This document shows, piece by piece, positions 16,758 to 24,966 of a stretch of DNA of 64,000 bases; position 1 is the stretch's first letter; each line of letters opens with the position of its first letter. The notes beneath the pieces were generated by a model. The model worked only from the letters and a program-made list of their open reading frames with translations. It was not told the DNA's origin and ran no database searches. Made by a program: the position numbers and the translations under genes. The stretch is taken from contig JBILLK010000032.1 in NCBI GenBank assembly GCA_044376115.1, forward strand, positions 1 through 64,000, in the 5' to 3' direction. The stretch comes from Polyangiaceae bacterium (lineage in GTDB: Bacteria > Myxococcota_A > Polyangia > Polyangiales > Polyangiaceae).

Positions 16758-18686
16758 ATGAGGTTCCGAACCGCCCGCGCAAAAGCGGCTCTCGGCTGCT
16801 GGTCCGCCCTCCTTTGCGGAGGTGCCTTCTTTGCCAACGTCCGTTCGTCGGAGGCTGCGCTCACCTCCTCAACGGCCTTTCGCATCGACAAGGTCGAGAA
16901 GGCGCCAAGCATCGATGGGCTGCCCAGTGAGTGGCCTCGCGACCTGATCAAGCTCGGAAGCAGCGTCAAAGGCGCCCCCTCCGCCGCTGACCTCTCCGCC
17001 AAGGCGGCGATCACCTACGACGACAAGAACTTCTACTTCGCGGTCGACGTCACGGATGACGTGCTACGCGGCGGTGGAGATGGGGACCATGTCGACTGGG
17101 TGGTGTCGATTGACGGGGTGACCAGCACCTTGAGCTTGCACCCGGGTGTCCCCGGAAAGAGCGCGGGCAAGGCGTTGCTCGGAGCCACGCAGCTAAAGGA
17201 TGCAAAGGTGGTGGAGGCTCCGCGCAAAGGCGGTTGGACGCTCGAAGCCTCGGTGCCATTCGCGTCGATCCCCGGAGCGAGCAGCACGCGCATCGGTCTC
17301 AAGGGCGCAGTGCTCGTACACGACGCAGACGCAAGCAGCACGGTGGAGGCCGTGGTCGGATCGACCGCTAACGCCGAGACGTTGGCGCCCATCCTTACGA
17401 CCTCGGAGCAATCCCTGGTGGACGGTATGGTGAAGGACAAGAAGCTCGGTGAACCAAGCTTCGAGTTGATCGCCAACGTCACGGGGGACGCGACCAAGGA
17501 ACGCGTGCTCGTGTTTGGCCAGCACGTCGCTGTCGTGGGGCCTGCGTATCGCAGCGGCTCGGAGTTCTACTGGAACGATATGTCGGTGGCGGGCTCGACC
17601 ATGAGCATCGAGCGCGTGGACTCGCGCGACTTCGACGGAGACGGCCGCGCCGAGCTGTTCTTCGTTAAGCGCTTCACGAAGTCGGGCCAGAAGACCAAAC
17701 GCGACGTGGCTCACGTTTACAGCTTCGGCAGCAATGAAACGGCGGATCTTGTCTTCCAACATGAGGTTGGGATCAGCAACGCCAAAGGCAGCATCAAGAA
17801 CGAGGTCTCGCTTACGACCGACGGCGCAAAGCCGGCCATCTTGATCAAGCCGGGCACCGCCAAAGGGCTCGACGAAAAGAACTACGACGAAGCCACCGAG
17901 GGCTCCTTCGATCCGCTGCTCCTGCCCTGGGGGACGATCGATTCGCAAACCTACAAATGGAAGGGCAAAGGCCTTTCGAAGGTGGCGGAGAAGACCCACG
18001 CGAAGCCTGTGGCCGCTACTCCTGAAGCCCCGAAGCCGATCGAAGGTAAGGCTCCGCCCGCGGAGAAGCCGACCACCGACAAGAAGGCCGAGAACGTTCA
18101 TTCGCTGTTCAAGAAAGACCGAAAGGTCACAGGCTCGCCGAAGGTGGATCTGTTCGCCGATTGCGCCGAGGGCAGCGAGACCGAACGGGTGGTGCTTTAC
18201 GGGCGAGACCTGGCTGTGTTTGGGCCGGCATTCAAGAAAGGCACCGCGTACGTGTTCACTACGCTGCCTTTCGCCTCGGCCGACGACGTGAAGAGCGTGA
18301 GCGCGAAGGACGTGACCGGGGACGGCAAAGCGGAGCTGCTGGTGCGCGGCGTGCTCAAGGCCAAAGGGCCAAACAAGGAGGACGTCGATCGCGAGATCGA
18401 GTTCGTCTACCGCGTGAGCCCGGAGGGAGTGAAGCGTGTGTTCGGTGCCGAGGTATCACGCAGCATCGGCAAGCAGCAGATCCTCGGAGCCATCTCCTTC
18501 GCCGCCAGCAAGAGCCAATCGAAGATCACGCTGAGCGCCAGCAAAGCCGTCGGGTTCACGAAGGAGAACTACCCCTTCAACCAAGATGCTGGCCCCGTCG
18601 GAGGCATCGAGCCGCTGCTCTTGCCCTGGTCCGACAAAAAGGAACTGAAGTACAAGTGGTCCGGTACCGCTTTCGAGAAGGAGTAG
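16758..18686 (+). CDS. Secreted protein: CBM9-like domain plus a duplicated FG-GAP-like domain
   Basis: Signal peptide; APSIDG..EW, YDDKNFYFAVDVTDD, WTLEASVPF; two copies of DxxGDGxAEL and PLLLPW...YKW. Confidence 0.75.
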   Translation: MRFRTARAKAALGCWSALLCGGAFFANVRSSEAALTSSTAFRIDKVEKAPSIDGLPSEWPRDLIKLGSSVKGAPSAADLSAKAAITYDDKNFYFAVDVTDDVLRGGGDGDHVDWVVSIDGVTSTLSLHPGVPGKSAGKALLGATQLKDAKVVEAPRKGGWTLEASVPFASIPGASSTRIGLKGAVLVHDADASSTVEAVVGSTANAETLAPILTTSEQSLVDGMVKDKKLGEPSFELIANVTGDATKERVLVFGQHVAVVGPAYRSGSEFYWNDMSVAGSTMSIERVDSRDFDGDGRAELFFVKRFTKSGQKTKRDVAHVYSFGSNETADLVFQHEVGISNAKGSIKNEVSLTTDGAKPAILIKPGTAKGLDEKNYDEATEGSFDPLLLPWGTIDSQTYKWKGKGLSKVAEKTHAKPVAATPEAPKPIEGKAPPAEKPTTDKKAENVHSLFKKDRKVTGSPKVDLFADCAEGSETERVVLYGRDLAVFGPAFKKGTAYVFTTLPFASADDVKSVSAKDVTGDGKAELLVRGVLKAKGPNKEDVDREIEFVYRVSPEGVKRVFGAEVSRSIGKQQILGAISFAASKSQSKITLSASKAVGFTKENYPFNQDAGPVGGIEPLLLPWSDKKELKYKWSGTAFEKE

Positions 18687-18842
18687 GACCGTCAAGCTGC
18701 GTAGCGAGCTACGCACCACTGACGAACTTTCGACGCACTGGCGCATCGCATCAACGATAAAGATGCGTCAGTTTGATTGAAGACAGAGGTGGGGAGCCCT
18801 GATCTTCGCAAGAAAGGCAGTAAGCGCCTTTTTCCTTGGTGC

Positions 18843-18889
18843 TGGCCCGGGATTCGCTTAGAAGCGCGCGGTGTCGAACTTTTGACACC
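18843..18889 (+). promoter_or_regulatory. Putative sigma54 promoter plus 20-bp palindrome upstream of the FAAL gene
   Basis: TGGCCCG-GGAT-TCGC (GG-N10-GC) at 18843-18857; GGTGTCGAACTTTTGACACC at 18870-18889. Confidence 0.45.
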
Positions 18890-18897
18890 TCCTTCCT

Positions 18898-20700
18898 ATG
18901 CGCACATTCCCCCAAGTCCTTCGCGATAACGCTGTTCATGCGGACCGTGCAGTGACCTTCGTTCGCGCGAACGGAGAAGAGCGACGCGTCAGCTTCCCCG
19001 ACCTTTGGAAGATCGCCTGCCAACGAGCGCAAGCGATGAAGGAGCTCGGCCTTCAACGCGGCGACCGCGTTGCCTTGGTGCTCCCCGAGCCCGACGAGTT
19101 CGTCCTCACCTTCATTGCGTGCTTGAGCGGCGGCTTCGTGGCCGTGCCGATGTATCCCCCGCAGACGCTCGCGAAGATGGAGGCCTACGGCGATACCGTG
19201 CGTCACATCCTCGCGGCCAGCGGCGCCAAGCTGCTCGTCACCAGCGAAGGCTTGATGGGCCTGATCGAGGAGAACCTCAGCCAGGTGACCGGCACGCGCG
19301 TGGTGCGAGAAGCCGACGTACGCGGCAACGACCACAACACGGTCGAGCCGGAGCCCGTCGCACTCGAGGATCTCGCGTTCTTGCAGTTCACGAGCGGCAG
19401 CACCAACAAGCCGAAGGGCGTGATGGTCACCTTCGGTAACCTCGCTGCCAACGCTCACGCCATCATGGTGGACGGCCTCAAGTCGACTCCGGAAGACCGT
19501 GGCGTGAGCTGGCTCCCGCTGTACCACGACATGGGCCTGATCGGCTTTGTGGTGGCCCCGCTCTACACCCTCGTGCAGGTGATGTTCCTGCCGACGATGG
19601 CCTTCATTCGCCGTCCCTCGATCTGGCTCGACGCGATCCATCGCTTCCGCGGCACCATCACCTTCGCGCCGAACTTCGCGTACGCGTTGGCTGCCCGGGC
19701 CGTGACCGACTCGCAGGCGAAGGACTGGGATCTTTCGTGCATGCGCGCGCTCGGCTGCGGCGCCGAACCGATCCAAGCCGAGGTGCTGCGTTCGTTCCTC
19801 GGTCGCTTCGAGAAGAACGGCCTCTCGCCCAAGAGCGTCTTGCCGAGCTACGGCATGGCCGAAGCAACGCTGGCCATCAGCTTCTGGGAGCTCGGCAATG
19901 AGCTCACGACCGATCGGCTCGATATCGAGGCGATGCGGCGCGGCGTCGCTTCCACCGTGCCGGACGGCGGCATGGAGATCGTCGCTTGTGGCAAGGCCTT
20001 CCCGGGTCACGAGTTGCGTATCGTCGACGCCAAGGATGAGCCGGTGCTCGAGCGCCACGTCGGCGAAATTCAGGTTCGCGGCCCGAGCATCACCTCCGGC
20101 TACTTCGGCAACGAAGAAGCGACGACCGAGGCCTTCTGCGGTGACTGGCTGAAGACCGGCGACCTCGGCTACCTCGCTGACGGTCAGCTCTACATCTGCG
20201 GCCGCGCCAAAGACCTGATCATCCTCAACGGCCGCAACTACTACCCGCAAGACATTGAAGCGGTGGTGTCGCGCGCCCCTGGCGTTCGCGACGGCCAGTG
20301 CGTCGCCTTCTCGGTGCTGACCGAAGGCGGAGCCGAGCATTGCGTCGTCGTCGCCGAAGCCCGTATCGGTCCGAAGGCTGGAACCGCGGCGGACATCATC
20401 ACCAGCATCATTCAGCTGGTGCGCGCCGAGGTCGGCATCGTGCTCGGCGAGATTCACCTGATCAAGCGTGGCACGCTGCCGAAGACCTCGAGTGGCAAGG
20501 TGCGCCGACGTGAGGCACGCACACGCTTGGAGGCCGGCACGCTCGACTTCATCACTGAGTCGGACACGGGCGTGGACAGCGTTCCGCCCCCGGTCACCGA
20601 CTATCCGAAAACCACCACCAGTGAAGGCGCGCTTCAACTCGCGACCTTGACGCCTGACGGCTCTCCTCGCATGCCGCGCGGGCAGTTCGCAGAATCATGA
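18898..20700 (+). CDS. Fatty acyl-AMP ligase (FAAL)
   Basis: FLQFTSGST..PKG, SWLPLYHDMGLIG, YGMAEATL, TGDLG, PKTSSGK. Confidence 0.92.
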   Translation: MRTFPQVLRDNAVHADRAVTFVRANGEERRVSFPDLWKIACQRAQAMKELGLQRGDRVALVLPEPDEFVLTFIACLSGGFVAVPMYPPQTLAKMEAYGDTVRHILAASGAKLLVTSEGLMGLIEENLSQVTGTRVVREADVRGNDHNTVEPEPVALEDLAFLQFTSGSTNKPKGVMVTFGNLAANAHAIMVDGLKSTPEDRGVSWLPLYHDMGLIGFVVAPLYTLVQVMFLPTMAFIRRPSIWLDAIHRFRGTITFAPNFAYALAARAVTDSQAKDWDLSCMRALGCGAEPIQAEVLRSFLGRFEKNGLSPKSVLPSYGMAEATLAISFWELGNELTTDRLDIEAMRRGVASTVPDGGMEIVACGKAFPGHELRIVDAKDEPVLERHVGEIQVRGPSITSGYFGNEEATTEAFCGDWLKTGDLGYLADGQLYICGRAKDLIILNGRNYYPQDIEAVVSRAPGVRDGQCVAFSVLTEGGAEHCVVVAEARIGPKAGTAADIITSIIQLVRAEVGIVLGEIHLIKRGTLPKTSSGKVRRREARTRLEAGTLDFITESDTGVDSVPPPVTDYPKTTTSEGALQLATLTPDGSPRMPRGQFAES

Positions 20701-20746
20701 CCCGTCGGCGTTCGAACAAGCCGATTGGCATTGGAGGGCAGTAAGC

Positions 20747-21601
20747 ATGGGCTCATCGAAAGCGGATGTCGAAGTTAGCTACGACATCTCAAATGAATTT
20801 TTTAGGCTCTGGCTCGACGAGCGCATGAACTACACGTGCGCCGTCTACGAGAACTGGGATCAGTCTCTCGAGGCCGCACAGCTCAACAAACTCCGCATCC
20901 TCAGCGACTTCGCGAAGGTTACGCCTGAGAAGCGCGTGCTCGACATCGGCTGCGGCTGGGGAGCTTGCGTGGAGTACTTGGCGACCACCCGCGGGGTGAA
21001 AGAGGCCGTGGGCATCACGCTCTCGAGCGCGATGGCCGACGAGGTCAACGCCCGCAAAATCCCCGGCGTGAACTGCATTGCCGGGGACTTCCGCTCGTGG
21101 AAGTTCGAGCAGAAGTTCGACTCGATCATTTCGATCTGCATGATGGACCACCTGTGTTCGCCTGAGGAAGCGCGGCAAGGTAAGGCGATCGACATCTACC
21201 GAGACTTCTTCAAGAAGTGCCACGAGATCACGAACCCCGGCGCGCAGATTGGCCTGCAGACCATCCTCCGCAACCGCACCCCGCGTCGCGGCAAGGATCT
21301 GGAGGACATCTTCTGGGTCACCAAGGAGATCTTCCCCGGCGGGCTCAACCCGCGCATGGAGGAGATCATCATCGCGGTGAACCCGTACTTCGAGGTGATG
21401 CAGGTCAACTCGCGCCGCGAGCACTACCAGAAGACGACGGGCGAGTGGCTTCGTCGGCTCAACCTGAACGAGAAGACGATTTGCGCGAAATGGGGCGAAA
21501 AGCTCTTCCTCGACTATCGTCGGTATCTCGAAACCTGCGTGATGGCGTTCGACAAACACTACAGCTCTCTGGCGCAATACGAGTTGCGCCGCGTCGACTG
21601 A
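20747..21601 (+). CDS. Cyclopropane-fatty-acyl synthase / mycolic-acid methyltransferase-like SAM enzyme (short form)
   Basis: YDISNEFFRLWLD..MNYTCA, LDIGCGWG, GITLS, IFPGG, HYQKT..W. Confidence 0.88.
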   Translation: MGSSKADVEVSYDISNEFFRLWLDERMNYTCAVYENWDQSLEAAQLNKLRILSDFAKVTPEKRVLDIGCGWGACVEYLATTRGVKEAVGITLSSAMADEVNARKIPGVNCIAGDFRSWKFEQKFDSIISICMMDHLCSPEEARQGKAIDIYRDFFKKCHEITNPGAQIGLQTILRNRTPRRGKDLEDIFWVTKEIFPGGLNPRMEEIIIAVNPYFEVMQVNSRREHYQKTTGEWLRRLNLNEKTICAKWGEKLFLDYRRYLETCVMAFDKHYSSLAQYELRRVD

Positions 21602-21609
21602 GGATTCCC

Positions 21610-21852
21610 ATGGCCCGCGAAGATCTTCTTGTGTTGTTCAAGTCAGTGGCGACTCGCATCGACAAGCGTGCGTTTGACCACGTAACTCGTGACTCGGTTA
21701 TCACCGAGCTCGGTATCGATTCGCTCTCGATGATGCAGATCGTCGGTGAGATGGAGACCGAACTGGGCGTGATGATTCCCGATGAGGATCTCGTCGAGAT
21801 CCGCACCGTTGGCGACCTCGTCGGTAAGGTCGAGCAACGCGTCAGCGCCTGA
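21610..21852 (+). CDS. Acyl carrier protein
   Basis: 80 aa, acidic, ELGIDSL phosphopantetheine motif, TVGDLV; GAGGA SD. Confidence 0.92.
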   Translation: MAREDLLVLFKSVATRIDKRAFDHVTRDSVITELGIDSLSMMQIVGEMETELGVMIPDEDLVEIRTVGDLVGKVEQRVSA

Positions 21853-21880
21853 CTGCTCCCGCCGGTGAAGGGTCGCCCGT

Positions 21881-22717
21881 ATGAAGCCCCCGGTCGCCGG
21901 CTCGCAGTTGGAAGCGCGACTTTCGACCCTCGCGCGGGCCTTCTTTGAGAAGGCCGAGCGCGAGCGTCGTTGGAGCGTGTTTGAGGATTTGCCGTGGGGA
22001 GCCGCGCTAACAGCGCCTCCCCACGAGCTCGTCCATGTGGTGGAGACGTTCTTCGTGCTCGAGGCCTCGGCGCCTTCGTTTGCTGGCCGCTCGCTCGAGG
22101 CGATGCGCTGCTCCCCTGCCCTCACCAGCTTCGTAACCAGCTGGAACTTCGACAAGGGCAAGCGGCTGATCGCCTTCCGCGAATGGCTGGTGCGCGCAGC
22201 CGGACGCAGCCACGCCGAGTTGTCGCAGCTGGAGTTGCAGGCGCTCGCGGCGCCGCTGTCACTGCGCGGCCTCGAAGGGCTCGTATCGGCGAGCCGGCGG
22301 CTGGTGTTCTTCGGCTGTTTGCAGGAGATGGTGGCCTTCGTCACCTACGCCAAACACCGCGAAGTCGCGCGTCGTGAACAGGACGAGTGCCTGCGCACGC
22401 TCTACGATTTTTTGGCGCGCGACGACATCGCGCATGCGCGCTTTTTGCAGCAAGCGCTGGCTCTTCACTTGGAGCAAGACCGCGAAGGGACGCTCGCCGA
22501 CATGGCCGGCGTGCTCTCCGACTTCACGCTGCCCGGGCGAACGGTGCTCAGCGACTGGGAGACGCGGATGCAAGCGATTCGCGGCCCAGGGCTTGATCTA
22601 CAGACGTTCATTCAGCGAGTGTACGTACCCGTGCTGAAGCACCTCGGGGTGGGTCGACACGAGATCCTGCGGCGGCGAACCGCGCCGCCGGAGCACGATG
22701 GCGCAGCCGACGGTTGA
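21881..22717 (+). CDS. Acyl-ACP desaturase-like ferritin-fold protein with degenerate diiron site
   Basis: RRWSVFEDLPW, LE, LQE and RDDIAH align with soluble acyl-ACP desaturases; the first ExxH is replaced by DKGKR. Confidence 0.75.
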   Translation: MKPPVAGSQLEARLSTLARAFFEKAERERRWSVFEDLPWGAALTAPPHELVHVVETFFVLEASAPSFAGRSLEAMRCSPALTSFVTSWNFDKGKRLIAFREWLVRAAGRSHAELSQLELQALAAPLSLRGLEGLVSASRRLVFFGCLQEMVAFVTYAKHREVARREQDECLRTLYDFLARDDIAHARFLQQALALHLEQDREGTLADMAGVLSDFTLPGRTVLSDWETRMQAIRGPGLDLQTFIQRVYVPVLKHLGVGRHEILRRRTAPPEHDGAADG

Positions 22718-22760
22718 TAGCGGAACGACGATGCGAGCAAGCTCGCAAGGAAAGACAGAC

Positions 22761-24086
22761 ATGGGCAGCAGGGACATCGTGATAACGGGCGTGGGCATGG
22801 TGACGCCGCTTGGGAATGACGCGGCCACCACCTGGAGCGCGCTTTGCGCCGGGGAATCTGGCGTCGGCAAGATCACCGAGTTCCCCACCGACAAACTGCG
22901 CTCCGACGTCGCGGCGATGGTCAAAGACTTCGATCCGCGGCGCTATCTCTCCAACAAGGAGACCGAGATCTACGGTCGCGTGGTGCCCTTCTGCATCGCC
23001 GCGGCGGTGGAGGCGCTGGCACAGGCCGGGCTCGACTTCCCGAAGCCGGAGCCTGTGAAAGGCGCGAGCGGCGACGCAGACAGCGACGCCGATAGCTCGC
23101 TCGTGCCGGAGAACCTCGCGCTCCCGGTCCACCCCTCTCGCATCGGCTGCCTGCTTTCGACGGGGCAAGGCGCGGTCGATATCTTCGAGCAACAGATCGA
23201 AAAGAGCACGAGCCGCGGGCCGCGCGCGGTCTCGCCGTTCTTCATTCCGTCGGTGATGCTCAACATCGTCTCGGCGCTGGTTTCGATGCGCTACGGCTTC
23301 ATGGGGCCGAGCTTCAACATTGCCAGCGCCTGCGCGACGGGCACCCACTCGATCGCGGTGGGCGCGATGATGATCGAGGCCGGCGAGGCCGACGTGATGG
23401 TGGTAGGCGGCAGCGAAGCGGCGACGCGGCTCAACACGGTGGCGGGCTTCGGCAACGCGCGGGCGCTGGGACGCGCGATCGACGGCGACCCGAAGAAGAC
23501 GAGCCGCCCCTTCGACCGCAAGCGCAACGGCTTCGTGATGGGCGAAGGAGCGGGGGCGCTCGTGCTCGAGGCGCGTGAATCAGCGGAGCGGCGTGGGGCG
23601 ACCATCCTCGCGCGCGTTGCAGGCTTCGGCATGACCAGCGATGGCGATCACCTGACCCGGCCGCACCCGCAGGGCCTCGGCCTGCGTTTGGCGATCGAGC
23701 GGGCGTTGGTCCGCGCAAAAATTGGTGCTCAAGAAATCAGCTACATCAACCCGCACGCAACCTCCACCGTGCAAGGCGATATCGCTGAGGTAGAGGCGCT
23801 GCGAAAGGTGTTCGGCGAGGTGCTGAAGACCATCCCGATTTCGGCCACCAAGAGCATGCTCGGGCATCTGCTCGGCGGCGCTGGCGGCGTGGAGGCAGGC
23901 GTCACGGTGCTGTCGCTGCGCGACCAAAAGATCCATCCGTCGATCAACGTCGACGAGCTGGATCCGGGCTTCGAGTTGAACCTGATCCAAAAGGAGACCG
24001 CGCTCGATCTGCGCTACGCGCTCAAGGTCTCCGCGGGCTTCGGCGGTCACAACTGCGCCGTGGTGTTCGGCCGCGAGCCGGCTTGA
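22761..24086 (+). CDS. fabF: Beta-ketoacyl-ACP synthase II
   Basis: VITGVGMVTPLG, SACATG, HATST, GHLLG (C-H-H triad), GFGGHN. Confidence 0.9.
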   Translation: MGSRDIVITGVGMVTPLGNDAATTWSALCAGESGVGKITEFPTDKLRSDVAAMVKDFDPRRYLSNKETEIYGRVVPFCIAAAVEALAQAGLDFPKPEPVKGASGDADSDADSSLVPENLALPVHPSRIGCLLSTGQGAVDIFEQQIEKSTSRGPRAVSPFFIPSVMLNIVSALVSMRYGFMGPSFNIASACATGTHSIAVGAMMIEAGEADVMVVGGSEAATRLNTVAGFGNARALGRAIDGDPKKTSRPFDRKRNGFVMGEGAGALVLEARESAERRGATILARVAGFGMTSDGDHLTRPHPQGLGLRLAIERALVRAKIGAQEISYINPHATSTVQGDIAEVEALRKVFGEVLKTIPISATKSMLGHLLGGAGGVEAGVTVLSLRDQKIHPSINVDELDPGFELNLIQKETALDLRYALKVSAGFGGHNCAVVFGREPA

Positions 24087-24088
24087 GC

Positions 24089-24958
24089 ATGCAATACGAA
24101 GGTCGAATTTTCAGGCCGCCTTCGGAAGCCAACTCGTTCATTTTGCAGGCCACGATCGGCTGCTCGTGGAACCACTGCACCTACTGCGACATGTATCGCG
24201 ACAAAACCTTTCGCGTGCGTGAGCTCACGGCGACGTTGCGCGACATCGACGAAGCGAGCGAAGAAGGCGCGCAGTTCATCGACAAAGTGTTCGTCGCCGA
24301 CGGGGATGCGCTGGTGATGCCGATGGAGCTGTGGCGGCCGATCCTCGAGCGCATTCGCGAGAAGTTGCCGCTGGTGCGGCGCGTTTCGGCCTACGCGATG
24401 GCGACCAACCTGCTGGCCAAGAGCCCGGCCGAGCTCGAGGAGCTCGCGCGTTTGGGACTGAGCCTGCTGTACGTTGGGCCGGAGAGCGGTGACGACGTCA
24501 CGCTCAAACGCATAGCCAAAGGCTCGACCAAGCAGCAACACATCGAAGCGGCGGCGCTAGCGCGCGCGAGCGGGATGCAACTGAGCGTGATCGCGCTTTT
24601 GGGGATCGCTTCGGAGCGCAGTCAGCAGCACGCGGAGGAAACAGCCGATTTGGTGACGCAGATGGACCCAGCGTTCTTCTCGGCGCTTACCGTGACGGTG
24701 GTGCCGAATACGCCGCTCGCGACGCTGCAAGCGAAGGGGCGATTTGCGGTACCGCCGCAGGATCAATTGCTGCGCGAGCTGGCGACGATGATCGATTTGG
24801 CGCGGCCGACCTCGGCCGTCTTCCGCACCAATCACGCCAGTAACTATTTGCCGCTCGCCGGTCGCTTGCCCGACGATCGGGCGAAGCTGCTTTCACTTTG
24901 TGAGCAGGCATTGCAAGGCCGCATTCGCTTGCGACCAGAGTGGGCGCGCGGCCTGTAG
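24089..24958 (+). CDS. Radical SAM protein
   Basis: RPPSEA...GCSWNHCTYCDMY (CxxxCxxC), GPESG, NHASNY. Confidence 0.9.
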   Translation: MQYEGRIFRPPSEANSFILQATIGCSWNHCTYCDMYRDKTFRVRELTATLRDIDEASEEGAQFIDKVFVADGDALVMPMELWRPILERIREKLPLVRRVSAYAMATNLLAKSPAELEELARLGLSLLYVGPESGDDVTLKRIAKGSTKQQHIEAAALARASGMQLSVIALLGIASERSQQHAEETADLVTQMDPAFFSALTVTVVPNTPLATLQAKGRFAVPPQDQLLRELATMIDLARPTSAVFRTNHASNYLPLAGRLPDDRAKLLSLCEQALQGRIRLRPEWARGL

Positions 24959-24966
24959 CGGCGAAC

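Noticed and set aside
18698..18715. TGCGTAGC-GA-GCTACGCA hairpin after the CBM9-like gene as a terminator
   Set aside because: No U-tract follows; function cannot be supported.
18751..20637. 628-aa antisense ORF (and similar long antisense ORFs at 27511, 37961 and 52146)
   Set aside because: These are shadow frames of well-supported genes, as expected with high GC3.
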